Source: Amoebidium appalachense (taxonomy: Eukaryota; Protista; Ichthyosporea). From it: DNA of 64,000 bases. A program made the translations under genes and the position numbers. Of this stretch, positions 40,038 to 64,000 are shown piece after piece. The notes below the pieces were generated by a model that had not been told where the DNA came from, made no database searches, and saw nothing but the letters and a program-made list of their open reading frames with translations. The DNA lies in NCBI GenBank assembly GCA_963693365.1, contig CAVNZM010000002.1, positions 8,405,059-8,469,058 on the forward strand, written 5' to 3'. Each line of letters opens with the position of its first letter. Position 1 is the stretch's first letter.

Positions 40038-40312
40038 ACGCACACACGCACACGCACATGTACGCGTACACGTACCCTTGCAATACACGCATGGTCCTTA
40101 GGCCGCAGATACCGTGGCACCCTCAATGCACTCTTGGCAGGCTCACCAATCAGCACGCGGTCTATTCTCTCCCTCGCAGCCTTGACAAGGGGAGATTCGG
40201 CCCCATTTGTAGGCTGGTGACTGTGTGCATGGGTGGCCAGGTTCGAGTGTATGTTTCTTGATATGAGCTGGGTCCCGGATCTCGAGATTATAGGGGATAC
40301 ACCTTTGACCAT
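31669..40312 (-). CDS. Tandem two-domain LCIB/LCIC-family (theta-class) carbonic anhydrase, about 570 aa
   Basis: 13 phase-consistent exons (5'->3'): 40312-40076, 39625-39394, 38980-38892, 38387-38314, 36865-36661, 36171-36039, 35584-35464, 34859-34790, 34443-34315, 33798-33676, 33187-33089, 32381-32288, 31775-31669. Domain 1: NTLVAKCFCPDEIN..FNLAGLAGIPFTGVTG..FGPHVGI..STACGS..GGILVN..DHF. Domain 2: NTLFADSTCPDEIN..FTLGGLTGIPFCGVTGFGAFEHHVP..FGPHIG..TTACGS..GGIMIN..DYF. An alternative in-frame ATG lies at 40372. Confidence 0.9.
32876..33014 (-). mobile_element. Dispersed repeat family A, full-length copy in inverse orientation, intronic
   Basis: Reverse complement matches 45766-45904 with few substitutions and abuts a poly(G) tract. 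Confidence 0.8.
35017..35317. mobile_element. Non-autonomous TIR element (MITE), about 300 bp, in an intron of the carbonic anhydrase gene
   Basis: Perfect 19-bp inverted repeat TAAAGGGGGTTTCTTTTAG (35017-35035) / CTAAAAGAAACCCCCTTTA (35299-35317). Flanks are compatible with a TA or near-TTAA target duplication. No coding capacity. Confidence 0.75.
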
Positions 40313-40765
40313 TCTCGGTGACGCTGAATGGCCCCCATTTTGCGCAAGGTGAAGTATGTCTTCTCTGTACATCAAACATGGGGTGAGAATTTGAACAAGA
40401 AGGAGAATACTTATGGATTACTGTGCGTGCAGGCTGCAGCTGAACCTGATACACAAGAATGTTTCACCATTAGCATATGTATGTGTACTTGGGTATTCCA
40501 CTGCTACACAGAAAGTTTTGTTTGTGTTGTGCACACCAGGCCCTGTTCGTTACCGCGTGCCTAAGCAGAGTATTTTTAAGACAGGCGTTCGTACCACTAA
40601 GGCAAACACGGTGCTCTTGTTATGCTTGTTGTGTGAGTTGGGTTTTGATATAACGAATCCTTCAAGTTGAGCTGTGCTGGTGAGACGAAAAGACTTCCTG
40701 TTCTCTCAGGGTAGGCGAGGATGGGGGCGGGCTTGGGGGGTGGCTGCCGACATACCCGTGTGTGT

Positions 40766-40816
<51 letters not shown>

Positions 40817-43031
40817 CGCGCGCACGCGCCACGGTGTGTGTGTGTGTGCCCGCGCATGTTTGTGTTTGGTCGCGGCCAGGGTTGGAGGTGAGCGAGGGGG
40901 GGAAACGATGTCTTCCATGTGGCAAAGCGGAAAATAAAAATATGCTAATGCTTTTTATGTACTTGCTGTCCTAGCACTGTTTTCAACCCAGCAAGCCACA
41001 CACGACACGATTTCCATCTCTCTACTGATTTTCACGGTGTATACGACGACGATTCACAAACATGTGCGCGCCAGGCAGGCCGTACCCACCGTGAAAACAT
41101 TGTGCAGGAGGTAGATTGGTGCACGGAAAGGAATAGTTTGCCCTCTTTGAAGCAAGCAACTAGTGTTTAGCGACAGGTGTGATGGGTGGAGGTTTGCTGT
41201 TGATGGCTGGCTGCAGCTGAGAAGGAAACTTGTTTTTGTTCCCTGGAAAGTGCTTAACCTTTCGGAAGAGAGATCTCGAGACAAGATCCTTCAGCACACA
41301 TCAACTTTCTTGCAAGAGACTCTGAGAAAAAGAAGTTTCACCCTCCTATTTTTTCGAAGCCAACTGCAGAAACGAACATAAGTATACAAGAAGTTGTGTG
41401 TTTGTAACTAGCCTTGGCCATGGGCAGGTTCAACCTTATGTGTCCGCGCCGTGCCTTTTCACCCCGTGAGCATTGTGCTGCACAGAGAAAAAACTGAGCA
41501 TTTGGGGTTTGGCAAATTATAATCATTCTCGGCACTGTGGTGTGATTGGCTCAATTTCGCACTTTTACAGAGAAAGCACTAAATGATCTAAGCCAGCCTT
41601 TAGCAGATTAAAGCTGCTAAATAATTTTTAAACCTGTTAGGTGTCTACACAAAATTTATTGGGGGACTTTGGGCGAGAACATTTTTGAGCGGCTTTCGCC
41701 GGTGATTTTTGAGTGGGCTTTTACGTAATCCAATAAAAATTAGCTTTGGCACTCGAGGCTCAACGTCTGCACCAATCACAGCCCAGAATGTCGTAATGTT
41801 ACATTGTGATATCAAGAACGCAACCAGCGCAACTCATATTGAAGGAGCGGAAAAGCATTCACGTTCATTGTTTTTGGATGAAACATATATAGGCAGCATG
41901 TGACTCCTTTGTGAGAACCTGCTTTCTATGAACTCTCATGATCAGCCTGGGGAGTTCTAACTTCTGCAGGGCCGGGGGACTGTATGCACTGCACTGGTAT
42001 CGAGCCACGTTGCTGTAGGGTTGGGCTTAAATAGGAGAATAGCAACATCCACTACAATGGGGGGTTTATGCACTTTGGACATCGTCAGGGGCCCAGCCTC
42101 ACGTAATTATAAGGCTTGACGGCCTATTGCGTTTTCCAGCGCAGCCAATCAAATGCAGCTAGTGACTAAAGTACACTGTATGCAATAAAACAACCCTTAT
42201 CATGTACACTGTATGCAATAAAAAAATTATGGAGAAGCAGAAGCTAGCATTGGTAGCTCCGAGAGAAAGTTAAGACACCGTATCACAAAATCATATTGTG
42301 CAGCATCAATAAGGTGATCTAACGCGGTCATTTTATAACTGATATACTGGGGGAGAGAAGTAGAAAAGAAAATAAAGCCGCCCATAACCTCCGGTTCTAC
42401 CACATTAGCTAATAGATGATATGCATCCGCGAAAAACCGCCCCCACGGGCCACGGCCCTCTGAAAAAAGACGGCCTGGGCGGGGCAATTAGTCCGATTGA
42501 GAAGATTGGTATTTGAGGCTATAGCTACCGATTTGAAACCTTCGCGGCTGAAAACATAGTAAAACAGTATATCTGTGGTAACGAACACAATGAGAAGAAA
42601 ACCTTTTATAAACGAGACAACGGCGATTTAGCTGATAGAATTCGCAGCAAAATAAACCCTTACTACTGTTTCATATTCACAAGTACGCGAGTGGCAATAG
42701 TCGCCGACGGAATGCAAAATGTGACAGGTACATCTAACACACACAAACATGGTATCGTAGAGAGTGGTGGTATACAACAACGCAGGGAGGAAAAACTGTG
42801 GGAGAGCCCATAGCTAAGGCAACTGCTATCTGCTACTGCTACTGCTAAAGTCAATCTGATGGCACTATTATACTACTATTTGTGTTAGGGTTGTTACTAC
42901 ATTCTAACCCGTTAACATTGTTTGGGCAGTCAACTCTTTGTGCACCACCGTGCACTGCTATGCCCGGTAACTACCCTATCTATTATACAAAAACTACATA
43001 CCACTAGCACTATAAACTAGTACTAGTATAA

Positions 43032-44074
43032 CTAATACTGCTCGTATTCTGCAAGATAAGCTTCTATCAGAGAATCGAACTCAGCATCTTCCGCATCTAG
43101 GCTGGCAAGAATGTCACTGTCGCTGTCTGCTGGTACCGTGTCTGCTGGTTGTTCGACAACGGGATTGCTGGGAGGGGGCACCGCTTGTGGTTGGGCTACT
43201 CCTCTTCCCCTTCCTCTATTGCCTCCCTTTGCTCCCCCCCTCTCTCCTCTTGCCCCCCCCCCCTTCCACCCCTGATCCCTCCATTTCCCCTCCCCCCTCG
43301 ACGCCTTCCCTGCTGTTTCGTGTTGCACCCCTGTTTCCCCCGACACGGCTTCTGACGCTGCTGCCGCCACCGCCTCGAGAGTTTTTGCTTTCCTGTTTGC
43401 TTTGTTATGGGCTTTCCTCGCAAGTGCCTTGTGTTCACGCACATAGACACTCAAGTGACAGTTGGTAGAGTTGGTAGCCACGGTGATAAGGCGCTCCACC
43501 AGTGCACGTTTCAGTGTTCCGCATTGCCCGCACGTTTCCGCAAGACTTGCAACGTCATGGTGGATTTTGACTGCGTACTCGCACAGAAGCACAGCTACGG
43601 TTCTGTGGTTGCCTGCGGGTAGATATGTAGACACGAACGGCCCCAGCAATGCCTCGAGCAATACGTAAACTCGCCTAACAATCCTGCTTGCAACCCGGGA
43701 CGGGTAAGTCAAACCTCCCCGTGATGTAGCTTGAATGAGGCGGAAATGCGTGTCGTTTTCAATCTCTCTTCGGATCCGTGGTCTCCAGTGGTGCACGGCA
43801 CGAGGTGCATCCCACACAGCTCACCAACTGCTCGGACGCAGAATCCGGTGCGGTAGGCTAGCACTTGTGGTTTCTGTATTGCCATACCAATGTTGTACAA
43901 CATGGTCCCCTACATGGTGTTGTACAACGGAAGTATACTTTCCAACGTGATTGTTTTCCGCACGCTCGTTAACGCTGTATTTACGTCCTTAAACAGATCT
44001 GCAACACTAGTGCCCGTCTGCACCGCTATCTTCGCCAGCTTCTGCACCCGCATCCTTTTGACTGCCTCCAAAGT
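43032..44074 (-). pseudogene. C-terminal remnant of a P-element/THAP9-type transposase
   Basis: Exon after a (CA)n-CAG acceptor reads TLEAVKRMRVQKL...VLAYRTGFCVRAV (YIAGY-like motif), then after a frameshift near 43815 SRGGLTYPS...CGQCG...NCHLSVYVR..NRKAKTL. These are motifs recalled from P-type transposase C-termini. In-frame TAG at 43912-43910. No upstream catalytic exons were found. Confidence 0.65.
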
Positions 44075-44088
44075 CTGTGCGTATGTGT

Positions 44089-44158
<70 letters not shown>

Positions 44159-44516
44159 TTTACCCCCTCCCCCCCTCCTCCTCCATTGGCATGTTGCCCT
44201 ATCATCTTCCGAGCTTCTCAGGTTTACTTCTGCCCAATATTACCCCCTCCCCCCCCCCCCCCTCCCCTCCCCCCCCCCCCCCCCCCCCCCCCCTGAACAA
44301 CCCGCCCCTCCCCCCCCCCCCCTCCCCCCCAAAAAAAAGGGGGAAAAAAAAAAAGAAAAAAAAGAAAAAGAAAGAAAAGAATCAGAAGGGAAGGAAGGCA
44401 AAAAGGCCGGGAAGAAAAAAAAGAAAAAAAGCAGAGTAAAAAAACGGGAAAAAAATTTCAAGTAAAAAAAGAAGGGAAGCAAAAATAAAAAATAAAAACA
44501 AAAAAGACGGAGCCAG

Positions 44517-44686
44517 TGTTATGAAAGGAATCCCCATCAACTAACTGTCCGCCCTTGGTTTCTTATCTGCTCCCCCCAGCCCTCCTTCGTTTTCTCTCTT
44601 TCCCGCCCCCTGTGCGGTGCCCTCTGCCCTCCCTGTTGAATTACACAACACTTAGAACTATGCCAAGGAAGAAAGCATCCCCCCCT

Positions 44687-44726
<40 letters not shown>

Positions 44727-44796
44727 CCCCATACAATTAAAAAAAAAAAAAAAAAAAAAAGCCCAATCATCAAGTGACAGTAGTTACAAATGTCAA
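44517..44796 (+). repeat. Repeat family B, copy 1
   Basis: TGTTATGAAAGGAATCCCCATCAAC...CCCAATCATC...ACAAATGTCAA-C(n); homologous to the inverted copy at 54743-54984. Confidence 0.8.
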
Positions 44797-45174
44797 CCCC
44801 CCCCCCCCCCCCCCCCCCCCCCCCGCCCCTCCCCCTCCCAAATCATCATGCCAGAACTCGCTTATCGATGTGGGCAGTGAGGCCTGCAACTAGCCCACAC
44901 CATTACAAACAAACAGAACTCAAACCGCACATATATACACAGGTAAACAGACACGTGCATAGCCGCACATAGTACTCACACATAACAAAAACATCATGCA
45001 CCACACATCATGATACATGGAGGTTAAAAGCGCGATATTGAAAGGAAAACCAAAACCAAAACCAAAAATCAAAATCAAAGACGTTAGGTGAGCAGGTGTC
45101 AGGAAGTCAGGGATGGTGAGCGTGCTGGTAGTGTGTGCCTGTGTTTGTGTGTGTGTCTGTCTGTGTGTGTGTGC

Positions 45175-45217
<43 letters not shown>

Positions 45218-45387
45218 TGTGTGTGTGTGTGGGTGTGCATCACAATGTGTCTATAATAATAGTATAATTTTAGGCAGTGCGCGTGAGAGAAAAAGAGAGA
45301 GGGGGGGGGGGGGGGGGGGGGAGAAAGAGATGAGGTAGATGGATGAGCTTTTGGGCACGTGTTGTCACAGTGGATGTGGGTGCTCTC

Positions 45388-45418
<31 letters not shown>

Positions 45419-45430
45419 CGCGAGTGTGTG

Positions 45431-45509
<79 letters not shown>

Positions 45510-45546
45510 GTGTATGTGTGTGTGTTATGTGTGCGTGTGTGTGTGC

Positions 45547-45603
<57 letters not shown>

Positions 45604-45765
45604 CTCTCTCCGGGAGTGAGAAAAAGGTGTGTCCATAAAATGTGTGTACACATCATGGCAGGTAGTCGGGTATCCCACCTGTCTCGACCAATCCATTCAA
45701 TACCAGGTGCATTCTCTTCAATTCTTGTACAAAAAATGTCTGTTTCAATAGCAGGATCCGCCAGT

Positions 45766-45904
45766 CTCCCTGAGGATGGGCTCTGCTTATGACGCATACT
45801 GTGCGCATGGCTGATGTTGCATACTTGAATGTTTGCCTTTGCATGTGTCCTGCACCATGCTTCTCATCGTGTATGCGTACTTCGTACCGTGTTCCGCATT
45901 CAAA
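45766..45904 (+). mobile_element. Dispersed repeat family A, longest copy (about 139 bp) followed by poly(C)
   Basis: CTCCCTGAGGATGGGCTCTGCTTATGACGCATAC...CTTCGTACCGTGTTCCGCATTCAAA-C(n); near-identical to the copies at 32876-33014 and 2543-2634. Confidence 0.8.
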
Positions 45905-46180
45905 CCCCCCCCCCCCCCCCCCCTCCTCCCCCCCCCCAAAAAAGAAAGAAAGAAAGAAAAAGGCAACAGCAAAAACAACAACAAAGCACACACGCAAATA
46001 GGCAGACTGTGACACACAGACATAACGGCATTCACTGTTCCCTCCCATTCAGTCATCCACATGTACAGGCCCAAACTATTGTTGTATGCCGTGAAAAGTT
46101 GCGATCCCGCACATTGTAATGTGACGATTTAGAAACAGAAGAACTAAAATACACGCACATTGTCAAGACACACACACACG

Positions 46181-46258
<78 letters not shown>

Positions 46259-46369
46259 CAGACACACACACACACACACACACACACACAGCCAGACACA
46301 CACACAGACCGTGACACACACACACACACTCTCTCTCTCTCTCTCTCTCTAAGTCTTAGACTCTCTCAG

Positions 46370-46405
<36 letters not shown>

Positions 46406-47118
46406 CCTCTCCCCCCCCCCCCCCCTCCTCTCTCTCTCTTCCCACGCGCTCGGCTGCCGTTATCTTCCAGAGAATGTTCCAGTACTACATAGTTGTCCGA
46501 AGCTGTACAGTGTGCGGCACTGAGCCTGTGTGTGACGGCCCGTGCAGGATGTGAATGAAATCTGTTTTTGCTAGTGCCATTTTGGCAGCTTTCCACCAGC
46601 CTGGATGGCCCTAATAGAGCCAACAACCGTTTTTAGGTGCCACTTTTCTAATATATTTGGCCCTGTTAGGCTGTTAGGGCCAATTTTTCAGAAATTGATG
46701 GACCTAACCTCGAAAAGTTAGAAACAATTTTCGGACATTCAGGGACAATTTTTTCTGGCCCTGAACCCCCTAATTTCACAGCCTGGTGACGGGGCCGCGC
46801 CGCCGCACTGCCTTGTGACCTTGGCAAAGTGGAGTCAACGGCCTCAACGCATGAACGAGTCGGTTGTGAATGATGAGTCGATTTCGGCTGCAGGCTCGAC
46901 GGGCCATGCATAGCCTGGGGTTTATAATCGGGTTTGATGGTGCTGATAAGAACAAGCAAAGAAACCAGCAGTGAAAAAGCAGATTTTATCATGTATGTAT
47001 GAGCTTCCTGCAAAGCATAATGTACGTTTTGATGCAGCTTTCTCTTTTGATTTGTTGAAATTTCGACAGCACCATCCACCTCTACTTAGGCCCCTAGAGG
47101 GGCAGCTAGAACCCATCC

Positions 47119-53505
<6,387 letters not shown>

Positions 53506-53639
53506 GTTAATTTGCACCTCGAGTGCCCCAACCACCACCACCAACCCCTTCTCCTTTTCTCGCCCTTTTCAAAGTGCTCCTTTCAACACATGGTGCGACT
53601 GTACACACTGTGACACATACAAACACATGCACCGTCACA

Positions 53640-53794
<155 letters not shown>

Positions 53795-53964
53795 TACACA
53801 CACACATACACACACACACCCGTTGACAGGCACATGCACCCCCAACAGATGCACACTCGTGGACAAGCACACGTATGTTGACTTCGTGTGTGTTCATACA
53901 CACTTCTCTCTCTTTCTTTCTTACAAACACTTTCTTCTTGTTGATACATCAACATTCACACACA

Positions 53965-54026
<62 letters not shown>

Positions 54027-54030
54027 TACA

Positions 54031-54061
<31 letters not shown>

Positions 54062-54136
54062 CGCGCGCGCACACACACACACACACACATGGACACACAT
54101 GGATACGAACACGAACACGACAGCACACACACATAT

Positions 54137-54233
<97 letters not shown>

Positions 54234-54466
54234 AACACACAAATGCAAATACGAACACGACCACATGCACGCACATATGCACACACACAAGCACACTCAT
54301 GCACAACCGCGCACACACATGAAAAGACACATGCACCGTCATCCAACCATGTGGCAATTCATCAGTAGGTTGATTTTAGTAGTTTATTTTCTAAGCCGTC
54401 ATACAATATCACATACTCGCAAAACACGGGATTTTTTTTGCCTGTGGATGAGTGTATAGGAGGGAC

Positions 54467-54530
<64 letters not shown>

Positions 54531-54552
54531 TGTATGCCTAGTTGTGTGTGTG

Positions 54553-54586
<34 letters not shown>

Positions 54587-54742
54587 GGGGGGGGGGGGGG
54601 AGAGGTTAAATCTAAGACAATTTGAACATAGAGGTTGGAGGAAATCAGGAGAGCTGGGGAGAGGCAAGGGGAAGGGGTGAGGAAAGCGGAGAAAGGGTGG
54701 ATGGGGAAGGGGGGCAGAGGAGGGGGGGCAGGGGGGGGGGGG

Positions 54743-54984
54743 TTGACATTTGTGAACATGTAACTCGATGATTGGGTGGTCACGAGGGCGGGGGGGGGGG
54801 GGGGGGGGGGGGGGGAGAGGGGGGGAATTTTTCCTTAGCAAAGTTTTAAGTGTTGTGTGTTTCAGCAGGGAGGACCGAGGGCAACGCAAAGTGGGGGGGA
54901 AAGAGAGAAAATGAAGGAGGGCTGGGGGGAGCAGATAAGAGACCAAGGGCGGACAGTTGGTTGATGGGGATTCCTTTCATAACA
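54743..54984 (-). repeat. Repeat family B, copy 2 (inverted relative to copy 1)
   Basis: Reverse complement aligns to 44517-44796 along its length with scattered substitutions. Confidence 0.8.
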
Positions 54985-57238
54985 AGGGTGTTGTGTATTG
55001 TTTCTTTCTTCTTTTCTGTAAACATTTTTAAGTGATTTTTTATTGTGCATATATGCAAAGGAATTTGTGTTTATATGTAAAATTTCCATAAAAAAATTAT
55101 GTGTTAGTCAGTGAGGGTTTGTAAGTTCTAATAGACAAGTGCCGCATGGCAACCGCGAGCTGTGGTGCTCTTTTTTTACTCGTACATTTTTTATTCTGTA
55201 CATACCAATGCATCAACGTACACTTCTGAGTTGGAGTTCAGGAACAACCAACAGAAATTAAATGGGAAAAGGCCCTGAGAACCCAGGTGGTATAACTTTG
55301 TTAAACATTAAGCACATGGTATCGATGTATGGTGTTTAAATATTAAAAAAATCATAAAATCTGTGTGTGTATCAACATTGATATTTAAGACACCTCCCTT
55401 TTCATATTGATCTTTGTTGCAAAGTGCACTGTGTGCACGTCTATTCTGTAGATCCTGTAGAGATAAATTGAAAAAATCAAATACAAAAAAACTTTAAGTG
55501 ATTCTTAACTCTTTCTATATATCACAGAGACCCGTCTTGAGATATCATCGGAAAGAATCCAAACGGAATACCATACGAAGGCTCCGATGCTACATCTTAC
55601 AGTAGTTTCCGTTCCAAAAACGTTTCTTATTTGCTGCCTTTCTTGAAAACTATGTGTGTAAATTTACGTGCCTTCGTGGAAAGAAATGTGGTGGGTGGTG
55701 GAATTGGTGTCCCCCTTTCGTTATTTCTTTCCAACTTTTTGTTTCTTTTATTTCCTTTTTATAGCTTAATCATCATTCTTCTCGTTTTTCTCTTTGCGTG
55801 TTTTTCTTTTCTTTCGTTCTTTCGACGATTCTTTTTCTTGAACCATTTCTTTTGTTTGATTTTTCTTTGCTTTGTTTCCTCCCTCTTTCTAGTCTTCCTC
55901 CCTTGATTAACCTTCCTTTCTTTTCTTCTTCTTTCTTCTTCCTTTTTTTCCTTTCCGGGGGACGGGGAGGGAGGAGGGGGGGGGGGGGGGGGGGGGGGGA
56001 GTTTGGGATTGGGCAGGAAAAAACCTGAAACCTCAGAAGAGGATGGGACCAAGTTGAAGGAGGGAGGGGGGAGGGGGGGGGGAGGGAGAGGGGGAGAGGG
56101 GGGGGGGGGGGGGGGGGGAGGGGGGAGCGCAGAGGGAGATATCAGCAGCGGAGACCTCGGGGGGGGGGGGGGGGGGGGGGGGGGGAGGTAATTTGTGTGG
56201 TATTCTGCTTGGCATGTCTCTTTACAAACGAGTCAAGGACGGAAGGGAACCGAGCCAAGCGATTTCAAATGCTAAGAGACAGCACTAAACATAAGACCGT
56301 TTTTGGCTGAGGAAGCTCGGGAGATGGGGGTAGGAACACGAGTGGTAATGGTGGTTTTCTCAACGCAAGTAGCCTTTATCTCTTTTACACTGAAATGAAA
56401 CAGCAGAAACAATGACATGGTTACTGAGTAACTCCGGCCACCCTACCTCAACCTCCTCAAAAAAAATTCGCAATGGCCAGCACCATGGACGTCGACCAGG
56501 TACCGGTGCCGTCGGAACGTTGGTTGTGCATGTTTTTGAAATTTCAATGGTTGGAATCGAAGGTCGCCATTTACCTTGTTTCCCCAACCAATGTGCCACT
56601 TTTCAACCGCTATATTCGCTACTATATTTTTCTGGCCATGCAACAAACTACCATAATGACCATCTTTGCAACGTGCAATGTACGTTCCTTTTTGGTCGTT
56701 TTGAGGGCATCTTATTCTGGAATTTCTGGTGCGTGTGCGCGACCTCGCCATTGGGTTGACGCAAATGGAAATCACGCGACTTTAACGCCACCACACCAAT
56801 CAATCAAAACACGATGTCGCGAAGGTCTCGAGCATATAAAAAGCGCCTGCAAGCCCGCATTCGTCATCCCGACGTAGCGTAGCGCAGTTGATCAAGCAGG
56901 GGTAGGGAGTCGACCGAGTCTTTTTTCCTTTCTTTTTTTGTCTTCGAGAGTTCTCGAAGACAAATCAAAGCGCTTAGAAGCATAACAGGTTATTACTATT
57001 TAAATAGTTGATAGAGCCACTTACTAATCACCCAACAAAATGTTAGGGTAGGACACGCATATACCCTCAATTGCATATCAGATTTTGTGCTGGGAGTTGT
57101 TCGTGTGCCAACAGGTTTTACACATTTTGGTCTACCTTAAGAAAAAACACGCACATGGTGTTACACCGTTAACATAAAGCTCTTTTATATCGCCGAATAC
57201 TATAGAGCATTTTTAGCTGTTGGCTTAAGCCTGAAACC

Positions 57239-61964
<4,726 letters not shown>

Positions 61965-61973
61965 GAAGGGGAT

Positions 61974-62004
<31 letters not shown>

Positions 62005-62389
62005 GGGGGGGGGGGGGATGAGATATTTTGTAGTGTATTGAACCCCCCACAGCATGAATTTCTACCAATTAATGCGGGCTCTGTTTTGGGTGTTAACAAG
62101 GTTAACAGAGAATCAAGGTCACAACATGACACTAAACTTTGGAGAAAGCCAGGATAGCAGAACATACTTTGGCTATTTTCCCTCCTATTTTAATCCTATA
62201 CAGCTTGAATGGTATGACAGATTGTAAATAAGTGTCTGGTGCTTTTTGTTCTTTAGAGTCATTTTTCCTTCCATCTTTTTTTTTTTTATCCAAAGGTCTC
62301 GCAGAATCGATGTATTTATATGATATTTATTTGTTTGTTTGTTTGTTTGTTTGTTTGTTTCAATGTTTCTTTTCTTTCTTTCTTTCTTT

Positions 62390-62430
<41 letters not shown>

Positions 62431-62734
62431 AGAAAATCTCATGAAATAGATAGTCAATGGCTAAGTGCACGTGGCACCGTTTCATAAGCCCTCCATGTGT
62501 ACAATTGCACAATACTGATTCTCAGAGATTGGTATAAGCCACCTAGAGCACTTGCAGCGGCTTGGCTGATGATGTGCACCAGAACGAATAATAAATAATA
62601 AAAAGATAATATTTTCCCTTCTCTTTTCTTTCTTTTTTCTTTCTTTTTTTCCCCCTCTTCTTCTTCTTTTTTTCTTTTCGGGGTGGGTAGGTGGACGGGT
62701 GGGTGTGGGGGGGTGGGGGGGTGGATGTGCGTGT

Positions 62735-62765
<31 letters not shown>

Positions 62766-63607
62766 GGATATGAACGGGGCGGTAGGAAGTTAAAAAGCGG
62801 GTGATAAGAAAGGGCCTGCATGACTATTTTAAACAACCCTACGTCAAACAGATACCATCACCTTTAGTCGTTTACGTCAAACAGAAACCATCACCTATAA
62901 ACGACCTCTGCATTCCAGCCAACCCTCCCCCCCTCCCCCCCCCCCCCCCCACACACACACACCCCAAAGGGCAACACACATCTGTATGGCGCACGCACAC
63001 ACAGTGTCACACACACACACACGGGCCGCGCACAGTTCTCGAGCACACATGTCCTTTACTCTCCATACAAAAGCCACCCAGCCCGCAGGTCTCTCTAAGG
63101 CCTTTGTCAGCCAATCATAATTATGCCTTTTTAGTCATCCCTAATCCTACATTTCGATCGGTTGATCAGTCCCCCTACACTTCTGTACAAAAAAACCACC
63201 ACCCACCACAATGCAAACAGATTAAAACTATTGGTTTACAGCTGCGGTAGCCAAAAACACCAATACTTTACAGTATGCTATTGGTGAAAAAAGAGTAACA
63301 TGGTCAGTGCCGAAATAATCCTAAAAAAATCTACCGTGGCCCGGTAATTGTGATATACGAATGTATCCATGTATGCATCTTACAAACTAACGTGCTGATA
63401 TCTACTCATATCAGCATTTTTGCTACTTAAGAATATTCACAATGATCATGAGATGCACGAACGCCTTTACACGCTACTCCATCCCGTACATCGTGGCAGG
63501 CCCAGACATCCAAACACAAAGAATATTCACACCGTGTTCTCGACACTAACGCTTGCTACTCACATGATATTCGCCTCGTATTTCCAGCGTATTCACACTG
63601 CGAAAAC

Positions 63608-64000
63608 CTAATTCTTCTTCTCGGCCACTGCTTCCATTATGCTCTTATCTACCACCACCCCCTCTCCCTGCACATCGGTGGGGATAAAATCATTCTTGCT
63701 CGCCTCACCGCTCTCACCGAAATTCTTCGGCTTGAACCGGTTCTGAACATAAAGGGTTAAAGGAATGCCCACGATAGCCGCCGCAGCAGAAACATAATAG
63801 AAATATTCAATATGCCCTTCGTTAAGATCATCCGTGTAGAAATCGATCATAGCAAGAGTGAGCGCGGTGGTGAAACCGTTGGAAAGAGCCCCCATCGCCA
63901 AAAGGTTAAACGCCTGCGAAATCGAGCGGGCGCGAGGGGGGGTCTGTTCGTAGGTGAAGAAATACAAGAATGGGTTAATGAACACCTCGGCAAAGCCAAT
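63608..64000 (-). CDS. 3' end of a POT/PTR2 (NPF) proton-dependent oligopeptide/nitrate transporter
   Basis: Frame open from the window edge: IGFAEVFINP..FTYEQTPPRARSISQAFNLL...DLNEGHIEYFYYV, matching the last transmembrane segments of POT-family transporters; stop at 63608-63610. Confidence 0.85.
   Translation of the reverse strand: MGFAEVFINPFLYFFTYEQTPPRARSISQAFNLLAMGALSNGFTTALTLAMIDFYTDDLNEGHIEYFYYVSAAAAIVGIPLTLYVQNRFKPKNFGESGEASKNDFIPTDVQGEGVVVDKSIMEAVAEKKN

Noticed and set aside
45769-45800. CTGAGGA/CTGATGA at the 5' end of repeat family A as a hammerhead ribozyme core (Penelope-like)
   Set aside because: No stem II followed by GAAA could be found at a suitable distance.
46595-46786. 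Possible MITE bounded by CCAGCCTG...CAGCCTGG
   Set aside because: The inverted match is only about 8 bp with a mismatch and there is no target-site duplication.

Overview
Eukaryotic genomic DNA whose introns are packed with poly(C)/poly(G) tracts and (CA)n/(GT)n/(GCAC)n/(CT)n microsatellites, so almost all ORFs in the supplied track are repeat noise. I spliced genes by hand and checked exon phases. The window contains: (1) the 3' part of a HIRA histone-chaperone gene (27 exons, +, to 25256) with two identical tRNA-Gly(GCC) genes nested in one intron; (2) a degenerate intronless LRR pseudogene; (3) a 13-exon gene (-) with two tandem LCIB/theta-carbonic anhydrase domains; (4) a disrupted P-element-type transposase remnant; (5) an unknown multi-exon gene lying between two inverted copies of a repeat; (6) a 4-exon gene fusing a tankyrase-like PARP catalytic domain (H-Y-E triad intact) to a Deltex RING-H2 + DTC ubiquitin ligase module, which is the most striking item; (7) the 3' end of a POT/PTR2 transporter. 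There is also a short dispersed repeat family whose 5'-truncated copies end in and sit inside poly(C), a TIR MITE, and unusual splice-site contexts. The organism cannot be determined from the sequence; a protist such as a unicellular holozoan is only a guess. All family assignments come from recalled motifs, not database searches.
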